Made by a program: the position numbers and the translations under genes. DNA of 62,808 bases, counting the filler, from Phoronis australis (Eukaryota > Animalia > Phoronida): the NCBI GenBank assembly GCA_002633005.1. It is 3 parts of 3 records of this genome, joined end to end, with 100 filler letters (N's around TTAATTAATTAA, not from the genome) between each part and the next. Parts side by side here need not be neighbours in the genome. Positions count along the whole stretch, not along the records: positions 1 to 18,298 come from NMRA01001468.1; 2 more parts are not named here. One strand, 5' to 3'. Every line of letters begins with the position of its first letter. Position 1 is the stretch's first letter. Of the stretch, positions 1 to 12,300 are shown piece by piece. Under the pieces are notes generated by a model, which had not been told where the DNA came from, ran no database searches, and saw only the letters and a program-made list of their open reading frames with translations.

Positions 1-47
1 AAATTGTGGCGACTGTTGTCTCGCCATTTGAAACCACTATCCTGTAC

Positions 48-154
48 CTTAATGGCCTTCCAGCCAGCAGCTGCCACTTTAACCTTGGCTGCACAGGAAG
101 CTTGGGTAATGACAAGTTTAGTGGAGCTGTGCTCGAATTGGCGATGTATTTCCT
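48..154 (-). CDS. 4CL-like acyl-CoA synthetase, coding exon 3 (gene continues beyond window start)
   Basis: tttcag acceptor, phase compatible with exon 2; EEIHRQFEHSSTKLVITQASCAAKVKVAAAGWKAIK, then a probable GTACAG donor. Confidence 0.8.
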
Positions 155-1122
155 CTGAAATAAATTTGGAAATGTTTCATAACCATGGGGGGAAATTCTG
201 CAACAGGTCAAGCAGTGACAAGCATTAAACTATAATAATGTACTTCATTAAAAGTTAATGAAAAGTTATTGAAAGTCTGGTGTCGTGTGTGCTGGACAAG
301 GCTGAAGTAAGTTTCAAGAGGTACGACTGATTTGGAAGTGATTTATCCCAAAAGAGAGGGCTCCGAAAAGACCCGAGTTGAAAACACAATCAATAATGTT
401 CAAATCCAAAACAAAAAAAATGAATAGCAAAATCCAGATCTTTTCTGAATGAAATCAAAACCTTACACCAGTGTTCTCCATACATGTACTCAAACAATAT
501 GGCGCACCATATTTGAAATATTTTGCACCATGTTTGGAAATCTCAATTGAGGCATGCAGTTCGAAAAGCTCTGAGCCACGTTAGAAATCTTGAGCCATGT
601 TTGAAAGGCAATAGTCTTTTCTGTTTTTGAGCCAAATGATTGAAAATGTGTTCCCAGTGGTACATTTTTATTATTTAGCAATAAAAATGAAAATGGCATG
701 CCCTTGCAAATGGAACTAATGAGTAACTACATGTAGATGTTTTCGTGAATTAACTGAAAGAAAGATTTACTATGTGAGAACATAACATGCAATTTGCAAT
801 TCAAATTTTTGTTTAGGGAGAACCCTGAAGTTGAAAACTCTGTCAATAACTTCCAAACCCACATGGAATAAAAATGAATAGTAGAAATCTCTATCCTTTT
901 GAAATGCAATCATCGAAACCTAACGTCTAACAAATAACTTAACACGCGAACCTGGACAGCTTCTCCTCAAAATCCGAACACCAGCTGCACTTTTGTAACA
1001 TAACTTATTTCCCGTTTATTGAGTATTATACAAACAACATGATACTGTTAATGTCCATACCTCTCAAAGCACAAGAAGAAAGACTTCTAAAGAACAATAA
1101 CAGATATATATATGATACATAC

Positions 1123-1330
1123 CAGCAGTGTATATTGGGTTGATTGTAGTGACAGTTGCCCCTGACAACAGTGCACCAAACTGGGCCAGCACAAACTCAG
1201 GACAGTTCTGTAGACATAGGCATACGACATCTCCCTTCCTGATGCCCAGACGAGAGAGACCGCTGGCAATGCTGGTCGCACCCCGTCTCACATCATTGAA
1301 TGTATATTCAGCCCCGGTTATACCATTTAC
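1123..1330 (-). CDS. 4CL-like acyl-CoA synthetase, coding exon 2
   Basis: ttttccccag acceptor; VNGITGAEYTFNDVRRGATSIASGLSRLGIRKGDVVCLCLQNCPEFVLAQFGALLSGATVTTINPIYTA; GTATGT donor (phase 1). Classic AMP-binding N-domain motifs (G.RKGDVV, N.PEF, NP.YT). Confidence 0.92.
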
Positions 1331-1517
1331 CTGGGGAAAATAACATTGCAGAATAATACAGCACTATTTTCAGTAAGTAAGTCCTTAGTTTTAAGTGTAA
1401 CATATGGGTTTGCATATTAAGTATTTTTATACCACAATATTAGCCTCAAATATCCAATACAACCGTGTAATAACCCATTCAGTTATCTCACTAGTGAAAT
1501 AACATTTTGGTGGGAAC

Positions 1518-1586
1518 CGAGGCCGGTTTCGAACCTGGGCCGTAAGAGTTTCGGGTCGTCGACTTTACCACTGCACCACTCAGCAG
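1518..1586 (-). repeat. tRNA-derived SINE-like head / tRNA-like remnant
   Basis: Minus strand reads gctgagTGGTGCAGTGGtaaagtcgacgacccgaaactcttacggcccaGGTTCGAAACCggcctc, with Pol III A-box and B-box spacing; no convincing acceptor stem. Confidence 0.5.
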
Positions 1587-2321
1587 CTGACGTCATGGAA
1601 TGTGAAAATAGAATACTTAAATGAGTACGTGCAACAATGGCATGTTCAACAAAGGGCAATGTACCGACATTTATATGCTATGAAAAATAAGACGCATAAT
1701 TTCCAAACGATATTTTAATTCAGTGAAATTTTTCTCTCATGTTCTCTCACTTGTAAGTCACCGATCTCCAATTTGAATGCGGGTATCGTGTCGTCGGGAT
1801 CCTTTGACTTGAGCATTATACTCAGTTACCATTACTTTAGCAGACAATATTTTCATGGTCGAAGCTTAACGTGATAAAATGTGTAGCAAGCTATAATAGT
1901 TGCTAAACCTTAATTTATAGATTCCCTTTATATCTATTTTGTTTAAATTTTCAATTGGTTTTGAGTAAAAGCATTATTTGACAAAAATAGCTCAGCTTTT
2001 CTTAAAAGGTCACGACCTCCGACCCCAGGCCTCTGACATAGAAAGTAGTTACAAAGCTGAGGCGAGTCAAGAAAGATAGATCGATTCATTGCAACGTTTC
2101 TCATTCAGTATGTGGTATAGATTGTTACATGTTCTCAGTCGTTATCCCCCATATTCTAGAGCCCTCATGGACTTCACCATGTAATAATCTATATGTATTA
2201 CTGCGAATAAGATTGATAGTTTGCTGACGAAAGAATCGATGCCATTTCTCAACCAAAGAGTTTGCAATGACATCATTGCACATTCCGTTCATTCAATTCA
2301 TTCAAGAAGTTAATTTCTGAG

Positions 2322-2929
2322 GGAGTGTACCATTGCATCCCGGGTTCTGTGCATCCCGGGTTCTGTGCGTCCCGGGTTCTTTGTGTACCGGGTTCTATGT
2401 GTCCAGTTTTATGGTTTTTGGGTTCTTTATTACGTGACTGGGTTGTGATATGTTTTGGTCTTTTGCGTTTAAAGTCCAGCCGCATGTCGTGTGTGCAAGT
2501 TTTAGCAACAATCGCCATTTTAGGTCCACATGACAATTTTGAGGTAGTATACTTTTTCGATCCTGATATAGGGCAAAAAATTGACCTCATTAACCCTTAC
2601 GTATGATGAATTTCTTGGTTGGAGTGGTCAAGCACTGACCAGGCCCGTACTAGAACCCGGAGTGAAAGTAACCATGTAACCCTGGAGAAATTGTTTGGCT
2701 TGCGCGTATTTGAATGAAGCATCCGGGTAATCAACGTGTCCATATGCAGCTACATTTTCTACAGGGAGACAATCACAACTAGGCCTACCACACCGGGATA
2801 CATCCAGTGCGCATAGACGGAACGTCCTTCCGATGCACATAAAACTGGAACAAATAGAACCCCGATATGCATCAAACGGGCCACAGAACCCGGGACACAT
2901 AGAACCAGGAGCACATCGGGATGACACCA
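2322..2929. mobile_element. Non-autonomous DNA transposon-like element with 16-bp subterminal repeats in inverted orientation
   Basis: Left end has about four tandem units of cccgggttctgtgcat (2338-2404); right end has inverted units (acagaacccgggacacatagaaccaggagcacatcgggatgacacc, to ~2928). Confidence 0.6.
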
Positions 2930-3029
2930 ATTTCTGGGAACGATCTGGACGGAAGCTGTAAGGAGTATAGGATGCCTGTTACTGTTAGGCCTACTTATAA
3001 TCTGAGATTATCAGGCCTACTGATCTTAC

Positions 3030-3137
3030 CAAGGCTGTCTTGTCTCCGTGGGCAGAAATTCCATTCAAAACCAACTGGTGATAAGCAACATTCTCCGGGA
3101 TTTCCGGATCAGGATATAAACTCTTAACAATGCTCAT
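3030..3137 (-). CDS. 4-coumarate-CoA ligase-like / luciferase-like acyl-CoA synthetase, coding exon 1
   Basis: ATG at 3137 gives MSIVKSLYPDPEIPENVAYHQLVLNGISAHGDKTAL, then a GTAAGA donor (phase 0). Typical N-terminus of animal 4CL-like AMP-binding enzymes. Confidence 0.85.
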
Positions 3138-3754
3138 TTTGTGGCAGCCTGCACACTTCCCCCAATACCAAAGCACTGAGATAAATATGAAGTGCGAGTA
3201 TGGACTTTAACCCTGCTGACCTCATTCTACTGAGACTACGGGGTGGCCCAAACCACAGTTACGGGCAATCAGCCAGGCCTGGGATTCTTGGAGGATACAA
3301 TCTCTTAAAAATGCTCATTTTGAAGAAACCTGAACACTGACTTTCCCTAACCCGCGAGCTCAAGCACTGAGATCAACAAGAAGTCTGCCTGACCTCATTC
3401 TTTTAGGACGACAGAGTGACCCAAATCACAGGTCCACCGGCACCCACTGAGGTCCGGGATTCCTGCAACTACAGGAAGAGATAACCAGGAAGGGACAACT
3501 GTTTTAGCGCATTTTAACGTGTTTTCAAAGGTGATTTCAAAAGTAAATGTTAAAGTCGTCTGGAATCCAAGCATTGTGTTTGAAAGCTTAAATCTTTAGC
3601 TATAAAATGACACCACTTTGGTCCCCAAAGACTGCATATTAATGGCACAAGGATGCTTTGAACATGACTTGTTTTACCTTTCCAAAAGATGCCTCTCCCC
3701 AGGCATGTACTCGGGCATGATCCTCTTTTTTGAACCAACAGATGTCACTAATAT

Positions 3755-3794
3755 ATGCAAATGAGGCTCGCATCTCCTACGTCATATGACGTCA
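3755..3794. promoter_or_regulatory. Octamer (ATGCAAAT 3755-3762) and palindromic CRE (TGACGTCA 3787-3794) upstream of the 4CL-like ATG
   Basis: Exact consensus motifs about 620-650 bp upstream of the start codon; function is not demonstrated and they may lie in a repeat. Confidence 0.25.
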
Positions 3795-4300
3795 TACGAC
3801 GCGAACTTCCAATATTTGAACCCTCGGGTACCCTCTGACACAGCGCCACCTATACTGCACTGTGATAGATTGTAACCTCAGGTGCCTATAGTGAAAGACT
3901 TAAGTTGAAACACAGTTCTACCTGATTGGGCAGATCCGAGAAAATTAAGAGCTCACACAAGTCAATGTTCAAAGAACATTGAATGGTTTCACATAAAAAT
4001 CATTTAATTGTATTTGGATACGCTTGCATGTGTGTATGCGTGGACTTCGTCATGAAGCAGGTGTGGCCGGTGTCGTGGCGTCGCAGGGAAGTCTGATCCA
4101 TGCATGCGCACTTCGACGAACTAATGCTAGTCGCTGGTCAGCTCCGCTATGATTCATTTGAGACGTGCGGCTTAACTGGAACCTATACCCGTGTTCTGGT
4201 CATCTCTTCCTGGTAGTACTAGGCCACGTTATTGCGAGACATTTTGCAAGTAGGCCTACGCATGTACAGAGAAGTAGTACGTTGTGTGGGTCAAATATAA

Positions 4301-5885
4301 AGTGCCCGCTCCAAGAAAATCGACTTGACTAAATTTGAGTCAAGTATAAGATAAAACTTTAAATTTTCTCAGTCCGTTTACGAGAAGATCTTATGTTTGA
4401 CTAAGTTCATGTCTTCACAAAGTTTGTCGTCTTAGTTTTAACTAAGTTGCCGGATGAGCAGTTTAATAAACCGGATTTACTTGTACTGGTGGACTTTGAA
4501 AAGGCGTTTGACTCCTTATCTTGGTCTTTTATTGACAAAGTCTTAAATTTCTTTAGTTTTGGTCACTCAATGAAAAAATGGGTCCATATACTAAACAGAG
4601 GGGCAAAGCAATGTGTTATACAAAACGGTGTCACATGTAACTTTTTCGACATAGGGCGTGGTTGCAGGCAAGGTGGTCCGTTATCGCCATACCTTTATAT
4701 TCTATGTGCAGAGATTATGGGCTGGCTCTTTAGACTAGACAATAGCGTTAAGGGCATCCAGGTCGGATCGGTGGAATACAAACTGATGCAGTATGCAGAT
4801 GATACAGTTATATCTTTAGATGGCTCGGAGCAGTCTCTGCGGAAAACACTTCACATTTTAAACCATTTTTCAAAATATTCTGGTCTAAAGCCTAATCTGG
4901 AAAAAACAATTTGTATTTGGATAGGTTCTATGAAGGGTAGCCATCAAAAATGTGCTGTGACGTAAAACTGAATGGGCAACATCGGAATTCACTTTATTGG
5001 GTATTCAATTCTCCAGTGATTTATATAAAATTCCCGACATCAATTTTAACAGCAAGCTTGGTGAAATAGAGAAGGCTATTGGCATCTGGGGAAAAAGAAA
5101 CCTCTGACACTTTTTGGAAAAATCACAGTTGTGAAATCAATAATTATGCCAAAACTTATTCATCTTTTTACAAGTCTCCCGTCCCCCTCACAGGCCTTCC
5201 TGAAGCAGCTTAACAAAATGTTCTACTGTTTTATATGGAACGGTAAAACGGAAAAAATATGTCGTAAAATTATGGCTCAAGAGTACAATGTTGGCGGAGC
5301 TAGAATGATTGACGTCAGCTCCTTTATGAAAGCCATTAAACTAACTTGGTTTCGTAGACTACTTTGTCAAAGTACTACAAGTCCATGGGCAGTTTTAGCA
5401 AATGGTTTGTTATCAAAAGTATACAAAGTATGATTCTTTCCCTCGGAAAACACCACATTTATAAACAAAGATTGAAGTGCAAACATCCGTGTCTTGCAAT
5501 GTTTAAAAAAGAAGTTGCTTTCTACATTTGTACTGAACGGTTTATATATATAAACAAAATGAAGTACTGTGAATTTATACAGCGCTGGCAAGGTCTTGAC
5601 CTTGTTTGCGTAGTGTAATGAATCCTTGCCTCTACTGTGTTTATCTTTTCTTACTTTTGTACATATTAGCACTGTAAGTTAACACCTTAACTGTTCCTTG
5701 ACTAGAACAAAAAGCATCTGTAATTGGTAATTGTGTGATCTGTACTGCACCTATTATACTGAATAAAATTCTAAAAAAAAAAGTTGCCGGATGTCACGGA
5801 AGTATCAAAGTTTGAAAGTTGAAACAAATCTTCACTGAGACTTCAGTTAAAAATGAACTTAAGTCAGTTTCTAGGAACGGGCCCC
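4301..5885. mobile_element. PIF/Harbinger-like MITE interrupted by a LINE
   Basis: Ends gtgcccgctccaagaaaatcgacttga ... cttaagtcagtttctaggaacgggcccc are imperfect inverted repeats; an uninterrupted relative lies at 15741-16001. Confidence 0.7.
4457..5780 (+). mobile_element. 5'-truncated, frameshifted L1/Tx1-clade LINE (RT domain fragment) with poly(A) tail
   Basis: RT motifs DFEKAFDSLSW, GCRQGGPLSPYLY, QYADD, then post-RT L1-type GKITVVKSIIMPKL. AATAAA plus A-tract at ~5762-5782. 13-bp TSD aagttgccggatg at 4444-4456 and 5781-5793. Confidence 0.95.
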
Positions 5886-6239
5886 AAGCCCAAAGTGCAA
5901 AATATGATTTAAGGTAACGTTATGTCTGAAGAATCGACAAAAAGTCTATTACGAGTAGCCAAATATTTACAAAACCATAATTTAACTCATCAAAAGTAAA
6001 CATTATCTCAAATTGGAAATAGAATTTGATTTTTGGCTTCATACCAATCTGTCAGTAATTGGGTCGCGTGATCTTGCTTTTTGGCAAGTACTTGTAGCCA
6101 AAAACCAAAGGCACATAGAAAAACAACAGAATCAATAAAGTGACCAAATTTTGTATGATATATGTTCAAATTTAGACTCTCACAATACAGTTTCGTTATC
6201 ATTTTATCCAACTTTGCTCATTTTTTTAAATCTCGTCGT

Positions 6240-6360
6240 TCATATTTTTGATAGCCCCTCATGTAAAAGTGGAATATTTTAAAAACAGTTCCTAATAGAG
6301 TTTTTGAGAGTAGTGAATAAAGCATAGTATCTGAAAATTTCATGTGAATCCGACAAAACC
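6240..6360 (+). repeat. Dispersed repeat (DNA-transposon-like segment)
   Basis: Homologous by eye to the reverse complement of ~10637-10760; weaker relatives near 14480-14590 and 35900-36050 (shared ttttaaaa..ttcc..a.ag..tt.ggaga core). Confidence 0.55.
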
Positions 6361-9300
6361 ACACCTAAAGAGATTGAGCACTATCAAAGTACACCAGTCA
6401 GTGGAAGCTATGAAAACGCCACCCTTTTGTTTAGGTTTTCTTACAACACAATACTTTTGTAGGTCCTAAACCCCACATCTCTCGCGTATTCGCGTTCCGT
6501 GTTCAATTAAACTGTAACGCTATTTTATGTCGCGTGAAAAATGTAAACAAAATATAGACGCTATTGTTCTGCTCTGATGCTGGGTAAAATTCGCAGCATC
6601 ACTAGGATAAACAATCATTCTCGATCACGGAGTACAACAGAGCGCCGGTGGACACGGGACATTCTAGACAAGAAAAAAAGACTTTTGAAGAAATTAGCTG
6701 TAGCGCGTAATCAACTCAAATAGTTGAACACTCTGCCGGTCATGCTCTGAGCCATCCCCCACGCGTTCAATCCTTACAAATGCAAAGAAGAAAGTCGGAA
6801 GTGCATTATGATGAATGGACGCATTTAAAAGGCATTGCCGGCCTTAATTTCAGCGAATGTCAGGCAGACAATGGCGAGAAGTAGCGATTTGTAGTAATAT
6901 CACAAAACAACGGATTTTGTTGTTTTGCAGCTTTGGTCAAAGATTAATTACTTCACTAGAAGGCTATCCCATTCACCAACTGTCCCAAAAATGCTTTTTA
7001 ACTGTGTCCATTCCTCATAATGAACCGAATTTCTTCTTTGCACAAATCCCGCAATTCTGTTATTTACAACTACAACTCCTCTCATCAGCCACTCGATAAA
7101 TGCTAGTCGTCTTGGTTATGTTACCGGCCTTGAATCGGACTAGTAGACAAAGGCGAAAATTTGCCGTTGGCAATAAAACAACAAAAACAACGGATTTTAT
7201 TGTTTGACCATGAATCTGATAAAGTCCCTTGTACACGCTTCATACCGTCGAGGCTTTTCCATAACTGATTTGCCATCAATGGGGTTACTCAACTGGGATT
7301 TTCCAGGCTTTTACTATTTTAGGAATATGCATAGGTTTTAGTTCCCCAGGGCTTGTTGTACCCGCGAATTACCACGGTGTATTTCAGTCAACGACCTTTT
7401 TTCTTGTGACGAATATGGGTTTTCCATCCTTGAATCTGAATGATGTTCGTTTAACGTGCCTGGTACCACCAAGGCTTTCCAACACTGCATGCGTTATTCG
7501 TTTTTCCACCCCCTATATCTAAATAATCTCCCTTTTACGCCGCCGATGCCTTCCAATTAAACACGTACTGCATTGGGTGGTTTCCCAAGCTTTAATTTAG
7601 CAAATCCATGCTGCTTTTCTTTATGATGATGGGTTTTTCACTGAATAGGGTTTTCCCAGGATATACATGTGTTGTCACGGTCAGTGTATTTAAACGCACT
7701 CTCCTGGCATGTTTCCAGGCAGACACCGATCAGTGGTAGCTTTGTGCGTAACAAGGAATGATTCAGGTGAGTCCCATATCATAATCTGAGGAGACGGTAG
7801 AACGTTTGTCGTTGGAAAGGCAATTATAAGGTCGTCCAGGATATATACAGCGACACTGGAATCTCATTGTATTTACCCACAATGCCGTAAGCATCCGTCA
7901 AGCACATTTGCTGCTTCGTTTTCGTGCCTTTGGAGTTCCACATGTTCTTTGTTGGTGTTTAGCTGGTTCTTTAAAAGTTTTTCTCGGCGGCATTACTCTA
8001 TCGTCCTTCCAATGCTAACGAAATGTTACTTCTGTGCTTTGGGCTGCAACTTCAACGTGAGAATGTTTGATAAACGGCACAAACACCTGTGGATGCATGC
8101 ATGATGTCAAATTCTTTGCCTTCCCAATCCATCAATGAGAGACAAGAAAATGCGAAGGGAGTGGGTAATACAAGTTCGTCGTGTTAATTTTAAACCGTAC
8201 AGAATTCCCTTTCTTGAAGATACCCGTTCCTATTCTGGTGGGGTTGAAATCAGGAATATTTCCACGGATAACACTCGCCGGTCTCCGATATGATCTGCAA
8301 AAATGTGCCTTAGTGATTTCCAAAGCGTGGCCAAGCACTTTCTTCCGTATCTCCGGGACAAATCGTCGTTTAATCCCGGACGGCCCTAAAGCTTTCATTG
8401 TGTTGCTACGAAGTATTCAATTATACCCACTCGCGATCATGCAGTTGGAATCGAAAGGAAATTTCCGTTGTAACACGTACTTTTATTGGATGAGTTCACT
8501 ATTGTTATCCTTTTTAAACGACATTGATGGTCACCTACTGTATCTACAGCGCGCCATGAGTTGAACTACACTACAAGACAAAAGTGATCAGCCAAAATCA
8601 CCGATTTCCCGACGTACATGTACGTGACGTCTAATTCTGTTAATAGCCGAAAAATGACGTGTAATGACTACAAGGGCGGCATAAATCTAATTAAATATAG
8701 GCTTAGCCACCTTACTAACTTACCTGTTAATTAATCCCATCCATGAAGGAGACTGATTCGGCGGGAAGTCGGCTCTGAGGACAGGCCATTTTGTCTGGAT
8801 ACGTTTAGTTTTTATTGTCTTTGTACAGTGTAATTGATTGTGTCAAAAACATGTCTTTCAAAGCTTTATTACTGTTCTTTACTGTAAATGTGATTATTGA
8901 AGCTAATAATGAATTTCTGAGATTAACCTCTCAGCACAGGGTCGAACCCGTTTGCAACCCCCGCGATCACAGTCTCACGCTAGCTACTGGCAGAACCAGT
9001 GACTATAATCCCACTCCAACTCTCGGTTACGTAAAATTAGGAGCGAAAAAAAACAGCTAACCAGCCCTAAAATCTCGAACCCTGCTCCGGTGACAGGAAC
9101 ACTCGGACAATTTTTCAAGGTTCGTGTTCAGTTTTCGGGTTGTGGTTAGCTATTTTGAAGTCGGTGGTATGTTTTTACACCGGGGTTCCTTTTTCGATGG
9201 AATACCCTGCTCTAGTCAAGGCTAATAATCCCAAGAAAATTATCCCAGAACCCCAAAAATGCAGGTTTCTGTCGTAAATTCGATAATGTCTATCTCAGCC

Positions 9301-12300
9301 CAGTAGTTAGGAGGTACTTGTGAACAATAAGTGTATTGACAACCACAACGAACGCGACGACAGGGAAAATCCCAGTTGGCGTGATGTCATGGGGGAGACT
9401 CAGGTTCAGGTATTGAGCGGTGCTTACAATAGGTAATATTATGACTCATTATTACTTTGGGGCATTCCATTAAATCGCACAATGACGAGTATCGCAAATT
9501 TCGCGTTGCCTGTGACTTTGGGTTGGTAACGGAAACGGGATCCTTTCACGGTATGGAATATCATACAACTAGTGTCATGAGAGTCAAAGGCCTTCTCTGA
9601 TGTTCATTTCAAGGCAGCTAAACAGGACGAAACGTAACTTTAACCTATTAAGAAGTTTTTCATTTTTCCGATGGGCAAACGCTGAAGATGCTAACAGTCG
9701 TAAAAATGTTCTTGTGTCTTGAGTGATTCCACTTGGTGAGCTGATCCTTTGTAAATCAACAAGAAATTACATACATCTTCCACAAATCTGAGTAAAGGAA
9801 CTACTTGAGACGGGTACATAGCAGCTTAATTTACATAACGTTTGTTACCGTTGATCTGTTTTAGTTGAGCAATCTTTGTGGCAAGATCGGATATTGTCGA
9901 TGTCCAACTGCTGTACTCTGCATGGTATTCATTAGCGACACGAAAAGGCTTGTAACTAGATGACCTTCATATAAACAGGCAGGTAATTATTACTTATTAC
10001 TGCATTTGTTCCAATCAGAAGACACATTGCAATTATGCGCGAACTCCAATCAAGTATATGTAAAACACGTTACCCTACAAGTGAAGTAACGGAATAACTT
10101 TGTTATCAAGGATTGCATCGAGATCAACGAATTTTTCAAAAACACAATTTCATTTCATCTTTATTTTATTACATGTTTAAAGGTTATTTTTGAAAAACGA
10201 TCTTTGGTAACGCAGGCGGTTATGAATCCGCTTTCTAACTCAGTAAACAACCTTTGATTTAGACCACTTTTAAACGTGGTAAAATTGATCGCAAATTGTT
10301 CCTTAGTCAAATCAGAGTTTATTTCAGCACTGATATAGTAGTTCATTATTGCTGGAAACGAAGCTCTGCAAGTTGGTTTGTCACGGAGCGTCATTTTATG
10401 CGTCCAGCCTAGCCTCTAAGAAAGAACTCCGTCAGTTCTTTGCAAACATAGAGATCACTTCTCATTGGAGTAATGAACAAGTTGAGGCCAAATTTATGGC
10501 GGTAATTAGCCTCAAACAAAATGTTCTTCTTGGACGGAGCGCCGCTTTATAACCGCTTTAAGATAGTACATGCGCATGTAGGACCCAAGTAAATTGTTCA
10601 GTGTTGGCTAACTGCAAAACATCGTGTCTCAAAAACGGTTGTTTGGATTTATATGAAACTTTTAGATACTACGTTTTGTGCGCTGTTCTCCAAAGCTCTA
10701 TTAGGAATTGCTTTTAAAATGTTTCATTTGTGCATTAGGGGCAATCGAAAAATATTACTTTTATCAGAGTCAAAAGTGGCATAAAACGAAAACGAAATGA
10801 TGATTTAGAAAACTGTAAGAGGCATTTTTGAGGTTTTATCTTGAACGTTAATAATATTACATGAAGTTTGGTCTTGTTTTTGTTGTCAATGTACCCTTCT
10901 TTCGTGCTACAAAAATGTAGTCGTGTGATTCATTCAATGCCAGGCTGATTACAGCAAATACATACTTTTACTCAGTTACAATCTTTAGTTTTATTTTCTT
11001 TTGAAGACCGGGTTATAAGGAAAACATTAGGAAAACATTGATGAAGAGGAAACTGTACGAAACTGTCTGTGTCCATCAGTCTGTCAGGACTACTACCGTA
11101 TTTTTGATGACGGTGTACAGTGTACATGTCAAACGGATTAAGATGCTCAAAGTGGTCGCAAACGCAATTGTAATCAGCGCTTTCTGCGAGTTTAGAGTGC
11201 AAATTTGACTCATAAACCGTTTCAGGCCACCACTGCAACAAACCAAATTCACGTTAATTCGAATTAATTTTGAAAATTTCTTGGGAGAGTGCCAAAAATC
11301 CTTGTGGGGTGCCCTGTCTCCAGTGCTCTCCCGGTTGTCCGTCAAGTTCATGTATTTCGCGGAAATCGCCTATCCCAAACACCAAAGTGTAATGATTGAT
11401 TTTTGTCAATTTGAAATAACTCGATAATTAATTAATTAATTAATTTTGAGCGGCAGGATGATAAAATTCTGACTTTTCAATTTAAGTTGCAAACTCCAAA
11501 ATACCCATTTTCAACAAAGGAAGCAGTGTCCCTAATGCAGTGTACCAGCTAGGGAGCCCGGAACTGCACCCCTTCAAAGCGTATCCTTCAATAAAGGCAA
11601 TTTCCCCCCAAATTGGACTGAACCTTGATAATGTGAATCTTGACACTGAAGTGTCATTTTCTCTCTGGGAAATAGTAAGATAAATCTATAGATGAAGTCT
11701 CTGACGCGAATCCATCTATTCATTTTGAGCAGATACTTTTACTCCTAACATTTCTACAGATTTCGCAGCCTGGGCTAGAAGTTCTTTTTTACTTTACTTT
11801 TAAAAATTAATACACTCTGAAGAACGACTTGGATGGCACATCTCTTTGGCACCCTAATAAAGTGAAATGTCGCTAAGAATGAAAGTCATTTGCGGCCCCA
11901 CCCGTCAGCAACAAACTCCGGACGCCTATGGCGAGGGGTGCTATGATCAGAAAAGAAGTAATCTGATTTTGGGACCACGTGGGCAAAAGTCAAATTATTT
12001 TGTGCCCCCGTTCAAAATAGCTTACCTGATTCCCTACGGACCTGCTGAAGCGATTAAAGTGGAAGGCAGCTGATGGTGAGGTATAACCCGGAGAGTGCAG
12101 GCGGAGGTCAAACGAGTGTCGACTAGGGTGGAGGGGAATAAAGTTGGTCTCGACCTTGGGGGCGAAACTGGTTAGTAGCGGAGGTGAAACCGGAGTGGAC
12201 CGGGGAGGGTGTGCTTTTCTCAAACCAACCTCTGGCCCCTTTCTTCAATAGCCAGTCAGGACACCTATGGCAAAGTGCTAGGCTACGAAATTGGCAATGA

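Noticed and set aside
1518-1586. Functional tRNA gene
   Set aside because: A/B boxes are present but the acceptor stem does not pair convincingly; treated as SINE-like.
2336-2404. CRISPR-like array
   Set aside because: Contiguous 16-bp units without spacers, in eukaryotic DNA.
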